Shown in pieces: positions 19,692 to 28,601 of a DNA stretch of 32,000 nucleotides (position 1 is the first letter of the stretch; the number at the start of each line of letters is the position of its first letter). Both the position numbers and the translations under genes were made by a program. The DNA comes from Bacillus subtilis subsp. subtilis str. 168 (GTDB taxonomy: Bacteria; Bacillota; Bacilli; Bacillales; Bacillaceae), in contig NC_000964.3 in assembly GCF_000009045.1 (NCBI RefSeq), positions 2,250,001 through 2,282,000 of the forward strand. Reading direction: 5' to 3'. The notes beneath the pieces were generated by a model. It was not told the origin of the DNA. It saw only the letters and a list, made by a program, of their open reading frames with translations, and ran no database searches.

Positions 19692-19735
19692 TTGTAAAAC
19701 CTCCCCATTTGTTTGCAATCCGGATTACATTTTTT

Positions 19736-19764
19736 AATATAAAGGAAGATAAATCTAAATTCAA
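19736..19764 (-). promoter_or_regulatory. Candidate sigmaA promoter of sunA
   Basis: On the - strand: TTGAAT (19764-19759), 17-nt spacer, TATATT (19741-19736). This implies a ~40-45 nt leader. It lies inside a ~230-bp very AT-rich region. Confidence 0.35.
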
Positions 19765-19947
19765 CCATATTTTTTATTTTTTTTTGAAAATTATAAGGAA
19801 ACTTGTTCATAAATCATAGAAAAAAAACTTTATTACCTATCAATAAACAGAATTGGTTGTAATACACTAAATAAAATTGACTATTATGGATTTATTTTGA
19901 ATTAATAATGATAAAAATTTAGGTAAATTTTTAATAATTATAGATAC

Positions 19948-19983
19948 AAAAAAGTACCTTCTATTGTAAGAAGGTACTTTTTT
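19948..19983 (-). terminator. Intrinsic terminator of sunI (bidirectional-looking)
   Basis: Arm AGTACCTTC (19953-19961) pairs with GAAGGTACT (19970-19978), flanked by an A-run (19948-19952) and a T-run (19979-19983). Confidence 0.75.
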
Positions 19984-19987
19984 ATGT

Positions 19988-20305
19988 TCAAACACTAACC
20001 CTTTTATACTTTTGAATAAATTGTTGAGCTCCATTTAAAAAAACTAGAAAACGCTTATTTGTAGTTTCAATAACAATTCTATCTGGTTGAGCATATGGCA
20101 TACCAATTTTATAATCGATATTATCTGCAACTCCATACTTGTCTGACTCTTTAATACTAACTATTTGATTAATTGGAATTTCTGTTTTAGATAAACCAAA
20201 TTTTAAGACTAAGCATTTTTCATCAAAACTATAACGTGTATTTAGGAAAACAGTAAAAATAAAGAAAAGTGCTAATAAAATGATTATCATAACTACATAT
20301 TCCAT
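19988..20305 (-). CDS. sunI: Sublancin immunity protein (N-terminal TM anchor plus bacterial PH-like domain)
   Basis: ATG 20305 is preceded by AGAAAGAGTGAT (SD-like). It gives 105 aa, matching my memory of SunI/YolF. The track start 20344 has no SD. Confidence 0.85.
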
Positions 20306-20406
20306 ATAATCACTCTTTCTTATGTTTTTATATAATTTTACCATGTTTTTTAAGTTTTTAAAACAAAAAAACTTTAAGCGATGTGTTATATAAGTTTAAA
20401 TTTATC

Positions 20407-21657
20407 TTAACTCTTATGCCCACCTGTTAATCCAGCTCGTTGAAGTGCAGTTCCTGCTGGTGTATAAGAAACTGCTCTCAGAATCGCTTTAGAGCCGTAT
20501 TTACTTCTAATCCCATCCATTACAAAACCGAGTTTCCTTCTCTTTTCATTATCCACTTCAAATAAACTCAGCTGCTGATTAACATCATCCTCAATATTCG
20601 ATAACGTGACTGAGACACTTCTCACAGTCTTACCCGAGTAAAACTTATTAAAAAGCATCAAGCAGCATCTATAAATATCCATCGTGATACTTGTAGGAAG
20701 ATCAATTGTTTTGGAACGATGAAAACCACCACCAAGCTCATCCTTACTGTACCCAATTCCCAGACTGATTGTTCGACCAACTTTATTATGTGTACGTGCC
20801 CTTCTTGCGACTTCTTCACAAATCTCCAGAAGAACCGCCTTAATCTCTTCACTCCTTGTGTAATCCCTCAGTAAAATCTGACTCTTACCGAAACTAATCT
20901 GACCTTGCATCAACGGAGCACCTATTTCTGATAAATCAATTCCGTGAGCATGGTAGTACAACTGGTTTCCCATTATTCCGAACTTCTTTTCAAGCAGCTC
21001 TAAAGGAAATTTGGCTAACTGACCTATAGTCGATATTCCCATCCGATTTAGGTTTCTTTCCATCCTCCCTCCTATCCCCCACATTTTAGACAAAGGGCGA
21101 ACCTTCCAGAGTTTATTTGGTACATCTTCATATCTCCAACGTGCAATGCCACTCTTTGTTTTCTTACTCTCCAGGTCAAGTGCAAGCTTACTGAGTAGCA
21201 TATTGTCTCCAATACCAACTGTGCACATCAAACCAAATTCTCTCCACATGCTGCTTTGGATTGCTTTGGCCATTTCTTCAGGATCTTCTTTTCCTGCATC
21301 TAAAAAAGATTCATCAATTGAATACGTATGGACACATTTCTCAGGAACAAATCTGTAAAACAGCTTTGTAATTTCAGTTGAAACTCTGATGAAAAGCTTC
21401 ATTTGTGGATTTACAATGTGTATTCTTGGATCTTCAGGTATCTCAAATAGTCTCGATCCTGTTTTGATTCCAAAATCTTTTTTAAGTGCAGGAGATGCAG
21501 CTAACACTACACTTCCCTGTCTATCCGTATTCCCTACAACAGCAAGATAGCATGTTAAAGGGTTAAGCCCCATTGTTACAGCCGATACAGAAGCATAAAA
21601 GGATTTCATATCGACACAAAGTATATTCTTACGTGGAAATTGTGAGTAATCAATCAT
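20407..21657 (-). CDS. uvrX: Y-family (UmuC/DinB-like) translesion DNA polymerase
   Basis: 416 aa. N-terminal motif ILCVDMKSFYASV...SIDESFLD, typical of Y-family polymerases. Overlaps the yolD stop by 8 nt. Confidence 0.93.
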   Translation of the reverse strand: MIDYSQFPRKNILCVDMKSFYASVSAVTMGLNPLTCYLAVVGNTDRQGSVVLAASPALKKDFGIKTGSRLFEIPEDPRIHIVNPQMKLFIRVSTEITKLFYRFVPEKCVHTYSIDESFLDAGKEDPEEMAKAIQSSMWREFGLMCTVGIGDNMLLSKLALDLESKKTKSGIARWRYEDVPNKLWKVRPLSKMWGIGGRMERNLNRMGISTIGQLAKFPLELLEKKFGIMGNQLYYHAHGIDLSEIGAPLMQGQISFGKSQILLRDYTRSEEIKAVLLEICEEVARRARTHNKVGRTISLGIGYSKDELGGGFHRSKTIDLPTSITMDIYRCCLMLFNKFYSGKTVRSVSVTLSNIEDDVNQQLSLFEVDNEKRRKLGFVMDGIRSKYGSKAILRAVSYTPAGTALQRAGLTGGHKS

Positions 21658-21982
21658 TGTATGTAACTCCTATGATGTTATTCATGTTGATATAAACTGT
21701 ATTGTCATTCTGGTCTTTTACGTGAAGCTTTTGTTGTTCAAAATTTATGTAATGGACTCTGCCGGTGACATTTTCAACGAATCCATTGTGAAAAAGTTTA
21801 AATTGCAACTCTTTGTTAAATTCAAGTGCCTCAGAGACGAGAATATCCATCTCTTCAATTTGTTGATCATCTAAGGATGGCTTTTCAATTTTTGATACAT
21901 CAATCAAATCTTGTTTAAGCTGTGTCAAATGTTCTGGAAGCATCATTGATGTCCATTTGATTGTTCCTCGATCTCTAAGCAT
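21650..21982 (-). CDS. yolD: YolD-family protein (proposed UmuD-like accessory factor)
   Basis: ATG 21982 lies 9 nt after SD AAGGAG and gives 110 aa. The longer track ORF would run through a LexA-box core. Confidence 0.85.
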   Translation of the reverse strand: MLRDRGTIKWTSMMLPEHLTQLKQDLIDVSKIEKPSLDDQQIEEMDILVSEALEFNKELQFKLFHNGFVENVTGRVHYINFEQQKLHVKDQNDNTVYINMNNIIGVTYND

Positions 21983-22016
21983 ATCGCCCCACTCCTTTAT
22001 TGATCTAATATTAACA

Positions 22017-22028
22017 GAACAAACGTTC
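22017..22028. promoter_or_regulatory. LexA (Cheo) box core 1
   Basis: GAACAAACGTTC, i.e. GAAC-N4-GTTC, 35 nt upstream of the yolD ATG. Confidence 0.7.
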
Positions 22029-22046
22029 TTCATTCAAGATAAACCA

Positions 22047-22058
22047 GAACAAAAGTTC
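22047..22058. promoter_or_regulatory. LexA (Cheo) box core 2
   Basis: GAACAAAAGTTC followed by G (22059). It lies 30 bp from box 1 in the yolD/yolC divergent region. Confidence 0.7.
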
Positions 22059-22155
22059 GATGTAAATGTTGGTAATAAAATATAAAGGTCAATGATGATT
22101 TGCGTAGTATTAATAAAGGAGGGATTCTTTTCCATGAAGGAGAGTGTAATGGTTA

Positions 22156-22491
22156 ATGAAGAAGAGGCTAATCGGATTTTTGGTCTTAGTTCCTGCTTTG
22201 ATTATGTCAGGTATTACTTTAATCGAAGCAAATAAAAAGTCCCCTTTGGAAGTAATTGATAATATTCGGGATGAATTTGGTATATTCAGTGTGCAAATTG
22301 GTCAAACAGATCCGGCAATTACAATTGGCATGGATCAAACCAAAAGTGAAGCAAAGCTCCGTGAGTATTTAAAAGATAATCTGTCTAGAGAAGCAAAGGA
22401 AAAATATAAGATCTATATATTAAAAGATGATATTAATAAATTGGAGAAAGAACATCGAGAGTATTTGAAAGCAAATAACCCCAATAAGTAA
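22156..22491 (+). CDS. yolC: Small exported/membrane-anchored protein of unknown function
   Basis: 111 aa. N-terminal signal/anchor KKRLIGFLVLVPALIMSGITLIEA. This is the only in-frame start after stop 22147-22149. AAGGAG lies 13 nt upstream. Confidence 0.75.
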   Translation: MKKRLIGFLVLVPALIMSGITLIEANKKSPLEVIDNIRDEFGIFSVQIGQTDPAITIGMDQTKSEAKLREYLKDNLSREAKEKYKIYILKDDINKLEKEHREYLKANNPNK

Positions 22492-22492
22492 A

Positions 22493-22527
22493 ATGCCCAG
22501 CTCTTTATTTAAGCTGGGCATTGTTTT
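22493..22527. terminator. Bidirectional terminator between the convergent genes yolC and yolB
   Basis: Arm ATGCCCAGC (22493-22501) pairs with GCTGGGCAT (22513-22521), followed by TGTTTTC. Confidence 0.7.
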
Positions 22528-22533
22528 CATTAT

Positions 22534-22899
22534 TTAAATAGAATTTCTATAAGCATTAATTGCTTCATTTCGTAATAGCATATTATCTTTATTAACCATG
22601 CCTAAGTTATAAGCTTTTTTGATAACATCTAATACCTGCGAATCCATTGTAGAAAGGTTTCCGCCTGCAGTAAATCTCAATTTCCAGTCTTCTAAAGACT
22701 TATTCAAATCAAGCGTGCTTTTTTTATTCTCGGGTTTAACGATCGCATTTTTCTCAAGTTTTTCGCAAAACTCGTTAAAACCTATTGAAGATTGCTGAGT
22801 ATTGTTCTGTCCATACCCTTCTGTTGCTAAGCTACAAAAAGCTAAGAATTTTGGATCTTTAGTTACATCATAATTAGAAGTACTAATCACCTGGTTCAC
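22534..22899 (-). CDS. yolB: Hypothetical protein, no signal peptide
   Basis: 121 aa. The GTG start overlaps the yolA stop (GTGA), which suggests translational coupling. Confidence 0.75.
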
Positions 22900-23363
22900 T
22901 CTCTTTCAAAATCAATTTTTTGACTGTAAACAAAAGTGGTGCCTGAGCTCAATGCTTTAATCTGTATAGAGTTATCTTGAAGTGCGTCCATGGGAATCTC
23001 AAAATATTTATCCCAGCCTATTACCACCTTATTTTGACCAAGGATAGCATCAGATTTAAACATTTTAGCTGTACCGTTATACAACAGATTCTTACCGTCT
23101 TTGCCTGTGATAACTGTTAACTTGGTATAACCCATAAAACGAGCTTTCACATATAGTTTATTCCCCTTCAAAACGTTTGGCGCCTTGGTTTGACTAGAAG
23201 TGAGGTTATCCCAAGCAAAATCGTTTCCGTCTGATGTAATCCCTGTAATTTGTAGATAGTAGAGTGGTAATGCTTCTGCCGCTTTTGCTTTTGATGAATC
23301 AGTGAAAGCGAAAGCAACAACTGCTAGAAGAGCAAGCAGTGAATATGTAATTCTCTTCTTCAT
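22896..23363 (-). CDS. yolA: Secreted protein of unknown function
   Basis: 155 aa. SD AAGGAGGA. Sec signal peptide [30 protein letters not shown]. Confidence 0.88.
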
Positions 23364-23433
23364 TTCCTAAATCCTCCTTGGTACAAGTTTACATGTTAAA
23401 TATCGTCATTTGAAGGGAATTGTTTAATATTTG

Positions 23434-23466
23434 AAATAAAAAAAGAACCTGCATTAAGCAAGTTCT
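23434..23466 (-). terminator. Strong minus-strand intrinsic terminator between the bsrG region and the yolA promoter region
   Basis: On the - strand: AGAACTTGC-TTAAT-GCAGGTTCT (9 bp including one G-U pair), followed by TTTTTTTATTT. Confidence 0.6.
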
Positions 23467-23497
23467 TTTCATATTGTCAATTTATTGTGAATTTTTA

Positions 23498-23526
23498 ACG
23501 ACAAGGACATTTATGTATAGTATAAT
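23498..23526 (+). promoter_or_regulatory. Candidate bsrG promoter
   Basis: ACGACA (23498-23503), 17-nt spacer, consensus TATAAT (23521-23526). The implied TSS is near 23533. Confidence 0.45.
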
Positions 23527-23593
23527 ATTTCCTGTACATAAAGTTTGCTCACTCAAGGGAGTCTTGCTCATCCCCTATGAAAGGGGTGGGAAA

Positions 23594-23710
23594 ATGACTG
23601 TTTACGAATCATTAATGATAATGATCAATTTTGGCGGATTGATATTAAATACCGTCTTGTTGATCTTCAATATAATGATGATTGTAACGTCAAGCCAAAA
23701 GAAAAAATAG
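23594..23710 (+). CDS. bsrG: Type I toxin BsrG (38-aa hydrophobic peptide)
   Basis: ATG 23594 follows AAGGGGTGGG. Translation MTVYESLMIMINFGGLILNTVLLIFNIMMIVTSSQKKK is the BsrG sequence I know. The 78-aa track ORF is an unsupported upstream extension. Confidence 0.95.
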   Translation: MTVYESLMIMINFGGLILNTVLLIFNIMMIVTSSQKKK

Positions 23711-23884
23711 ACCTTCCCTTGAGTTTGGACACCTGAAGGGTTAGGCCTACGCAGATTTGACAACGAGCAAGCCCTTTGATGGGCAGCTTTTGTACAGAGC
23801 CAGGGTGCTACCAACACCCTGGTCTTTTTATTTTATGCATTTAATTAAACAAAATGCAAAAAATAATTATATAATTGTATCATT
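23705..23884 (-). ncRNA. sr4: Antitoxin sRNA SR4, antisense to the 3' end of the bsrG mRNA (ends approximate, +/-5 nt)
   Basis: Bounded by the - strand promoter at 23920-23891 and an imperfect GC hairpin (23712-23740) followed by T6 on the - strand (23707-23702). The derived length is ~180 nt. Confidence 0.75.
23800..23830 (+). terminator. bsrG intrinsic terminator
   Basis: Arm CCAGGGTG (23800-23807) pairs with CACCCTGG (23815-23822), followed by TCTTTTTATTTT. Confidence 0.8.
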
Positions 23885-23890
23885 ACCCTA

Positions 23891-23920
23891 ATTATAACCA
23901 TATAAAAATGGTATTTGCAA
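23891..23920 (-). promoter_or_regulatory. SR4 promoter
   Basis: On the - strand: TTGCAA (23920-23915), 18-nt spacer, consensus TATAAT (23896-23891). Confidence 0.65.
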
Positions 23921-23988
23921 TACTATTGCTTGGTGAATAAAACCATTATTTTATTGGAACCCAGTACTTTATCGATGCACAAGTGATA

Positions 23989-24522
23989 TTATCCATGATT
24001 CAGTTCAAATTCTTCTCTTGTCATCCCAAAGCAAATACCATCATAATAGGCACCTTTAGTGAAAATGATCTTTCTTAGTTGTCCCTCTTTCATGAAACCT
24101 AATTTTTCATGTAATCGTATGGATGGATTATTAAAAGAATAAACAGTTGTATTTACTTTTTGATAAGCAAGTTCCAAAAAGAAAAAGCGAAGAACCATCA
24201 AGATCATTTCTTTGGCAAATCCTTTGCCCCTATATGGCTCGAATACAGCCAAATAATAACCGAAGGTACCATTTTTCCTATCACAGTCAAAGGTTTCAAT
24301 CATACCTACTATATTATTATCACTTTCAACTGCAATAAAACGGAATTCATCTTTTTCTAATTGTTCTTCTACCCATTCTCTCATGTTATTAGCTGAACGA
24401 GGAAAATGTAGCGAGTCCATATTTCGCAGAATTTCATCATCTAACGAATCAAATATAACGATATCTTCAGGTTGAATTGCTCGCAGTGTAAGATTCTCCC
24501 CTGTCCAATAAGTAACTGCCAT
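23989..24522 (-). CDS. yokL: GNAT-family N-acetyltransferase (RimJ/RimL-like)
   Basis: ATG 24522 lies 9 nt after SD GGAGGG (177 aa). Acetyl-CoA binding motif is YRGKGFAKEMILMVL. Confidence 0.85.
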   Translation of the reverse strand: MAVTYWTGENLTLRAIQPEDIVIFDSLDDEILRNMDSLHFPRSANNMREWVEEQLEKDEFRFIAVESDNNIVGMIETFDCDRKNGTFGYYLAVFEPYRGKGFAKEMILMVLRFFFLELAYQKVNTTVYSFNNPSIRLHEKLGFMKEGQLRKIIFTKGAYYDGICFGMTREEFELNHG

Positions 24523-24557
24523 TTTAACTTTCCCTCCAGTTATTTCCATACGATTTC

Positions 24558-25136
24558 TTAACTGCTTAGTAAGTCATCATCTAATTCAATATACAGAATT
24601 CCATCATCTTCTTTATCAGCTTCAATTGGTTCATCAACTAAACTGAAGACAAACTCCTCAAACGAATTGGCAATTAAGAAAAAGTCTTTGTCGGGATGAC
24701 TTAATTCATGATCCCAAAACAATATCTTTCCATTATCGATATCCATGCATATTTCATTCCCGCCTGCAGAGCTTGCGATAGGAATAATATTTCTAGGAAA
24801 GCGATCAGAATATGTATCGATTGCTTTCTGAAGACTGTTATGATCATTCGCTAAACCATAAAAACCTTCTAACAATTGTGTATCATCGCCCTTGCCCATC
24901 CATGGATCTTTCTCTAAAGGTTTATAGCAAACGTCATACTCAATCTCATCTGTTGTTTTTTTACTTTCTAAATAACATCCTCCATATTTCTTCAAAAAGT
25001 CCTTATAATCTGAAGGTAATTGATTGCCTATGTTCATTTCAAGCTCTTTGAGTTGTTCATTTGTATTAATGCTAGGATATCTGCCAGCATCAATCGTAAA
25101 CTCTTTCAACTTTTGTTCGATCTTAGTGAAGCTCAT
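24558..25136 (-). CDS. yokK: SMI1/KNR4 (SUKH-1) family immunity-type protein
   Basis: ATG 25136 follows SD GGAGGG (192 aa). Contains LPSDYKDFLKKYGG, the hallmark SUKH motif. Confidence 0.85.
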   Translation of the reverse strand: MSFTKIEQKLKEFTIDAGRYPSINTNEQLKELEMNIGNQLPSDYKDFLKKYGGCYLESKKTTDEIEYDVCYKPLEKDPWMGKGDDTQLLEGFYGLANDHNSLQKAIDTYSDRFPRNIIPIASSAGGNEICMDIDNGKILFWDHELSHPDKDFFLIANSFEEFVFSLVDEPIEADKEDDGILYIELDDDLLSS

Positions 25137-25199
25137 TTTAATACCCTCCGCATTGCACATCTTTAGCAATGAACAATTGCAATACTTTTGTTTAATAGA

Positions 25200-25697
25200 T
25201 TATTCAATTTCTATGCCATCATATGCATCGCCTAGTGATACATAATCATCCCTTAACCAATACCAATGTTTACCCTTATTTTCAAGCAGTCGCTGTATTA
25301 AATCTGTAAATGAACTTGCTATCACCTGTGTTTCGCCGACTATTCCATGTCGATCAAAAAAACTGTCATAGCATTTTCCTTTTCGCTGATCGTTTAAGTC
25401 AATTGTTAGGTATTCTCCTTTTCCATCCGTGCAAACAATATACCACTCGGATGAAATGTCTTCTTCACAGAGCTCCCCAACAATAATGGGATTAGCTAAT
25501 TCAAACTCAGCTGGTCGTACTATGTATATTGGATAATCCGCATTTTCATATAAAACTGCTCCACCACATTGTTCATAAAATTCACTAATATCTTTTGGTA
25601 GTTGATGCTTCTCGTCTATTACTGGGAGACCATCAGCTTCAAACAGCCGACAGTCTGATGTAGAAGCAATCTTCTTGATTAACATGTCAATGCTCAA
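25200..25697 (-). CDS. yokJ: SUKH-superfamily immunity protein, cognate partner of the YokI toxin
   Basis: 165 aa. TTG start lies 5 nt after AGGTG, and the SD overlaps the yokI stop. Contains the motif LPKDISEFYEQCGG. Confidence 0.85.
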   Translation of the reverse strand: MSIDMLIKKIASTSDCRLFEADGLPVIDEKHQLPKDISEFYEQCGGAVLYENADYPIYIVRPAEFELANPIIVGELCEEDISSEWYIVCTDGKGEYLTIDLNDQRKGKCYDSFFDRHGIVGETQVIASSFTDLIQRLLENKGKHWYWLRDDYVSLGDAYDGIEIE

Positions 25698-25705
25698 GTC
25701 CGCAC

Positions 25706-27433
<1,728 letters not shown>

Positions 27434-27480
27434 TCAAGCCTACTCTATGTAAATTTTACCACAATCATTTGCTTGAATAA

Positions 27481-27510
27481 CAGAAAAAGACAGCCAGAAC
27501 TGACTGTCTT
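27481..27510 (-). terminator. Intrinsic terminator of yokH
   Basis: On the - strand: AAGACAG...CTGTCTT (27510-27504 / 27493-27487), followed by TTTTTCTG. Confidence 0.65.
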
Positions 27511-27520
27511 ATACATCACA

Positions 27521-28078
27521 CTATCTTGTTCTATAATAATTTTCTGCGGTATAGTAGCGCCAATCCCAAAAAGGTTCCCCATTAGCCAATATATACCGGT
27601 CTAAAAATATTTCAAAGTTTAAATTTAATGGATTATATTCTAAACCACTTTCAAATATATAGAGATAGTTAGGATCACCTTGATTAATTTTATCTTTATC
27701 GATCATTAAATGGCATTCTTCCAATAAGTAGCCAATTGGGATACCATTGATACCTTCAAACAAATCCTCATATTTTAGTTCCTCTTCAATCTCTTCAAGG
27801 CTAAATAGCTGAAGTCCTCCACCTATATTCTCCCCATCAGAAAGAATCTCAAAAATTTTCGCACCGTTATGTAGTGTGATGAACTTCTGATAATCCTCTG
27901 GAAGGGAAAGCTGGTGTTTAGCCTCAAAGCTTTGAATGTCATTCAGGGTTGCTTTGTCCGGTGAAAATGTAACAAGGAACTCCATGATATCACCTTCTGA
28001 ACAAAACAATTGAATGGCTCCTTTTTCATCTAAAAGACTTTTCAAGCCATTTACCGTCTTATGAACAAAGTTAGTCAA
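27521..28078 (-). CDS. yokH: SMI1/KNR4 (SUKH-1) family immunity-type protein, orphan
   Basis: TTG 28078 lies 4-5 nt after GGGGTGAT (185 aa). Alternative starts are GTG 28087 and ATG 27985 (after AAGGTGA). Contains the motif [14 protein letters not shown]. Confidence 0.8.
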
Positions 28079-28107
28079 ATAAATCACCCCATATTTAAAT
28101 CAAAGGG

Positions 28108-28567
28108 ATGTTTCGGCATCTCTTTTTGGATTTCTTTCTATTCATATTGGTAAAAGTAATAATGTTAACAAATATGATTCAAAACTGGCTTTCAAAGGTT
28201 CCTAAAGAGTTAATGACTTATTTTAAAAACCTGATTAAGTCAATGAATAATTGGGAAGAAGAGATATTCAACTATTTCAATTCTCCCATTACAAACGCCT
28301 ATACGGAATCCTTGAATTGTTTGATTAAGACAAGGAGCCAATATTAGCCATGGTTATTCATTTGAAGCTCTTAGAGCAAAAATATTGTTTACACAAGGTT
28401 ATCGTAAAGTAAAAAAGAAATTCAAAGAAGTTGAAGCTACTTTCGGAAAATTGTGACCTGATCAATTCCCAAATTGGGGTCAAATAGGCTATGAATGGGT
28501 TTATGAAGAAAACTATGGTGCTGACTTTTCCATACTGACTAAAGCAATGGAGGATGGTTATTTTTAA
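28108..28567 (+). pseudogene. Decayed 3' remnant of an ISL3-family-like transposase gene
   Basis: The translation NWEEEIFNYFNSPITNAYTESLNCLIKT changes frame near 28340 to ...GYSFEALRAKILFTQGYRK. An in-frame TGA lies at 28454-28456, after which the frame continues to TAA 28565-28567. No N-terminal DDE region and no inverted repeats were seen. Confidence 0.55.
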
Positions 28568-28601
28568 CCCTCTTTTTACACTTTTTCAGATTACCCATTT
28601 T

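Noticed and set aside
23474-23593. Upstream extension of the bsrG ORF to 78 aa
   Set aside because: The extension begins upstream of the predicted TSS (~23533) and has no SD. The 38-aa peptide from ATG 23594 has an SD and is the recognised toxin.
23602-23817. 71-aa minus-strand ORF overlapping SR4 and bsrG
   Set aside because: It has no SD, starts inside the bsrG terminator hairpin, and coincides with the non-coding antitoxin RNA. A small peptide encoded by SR4 cannot be excluded, but nothing in the sequence supports it.
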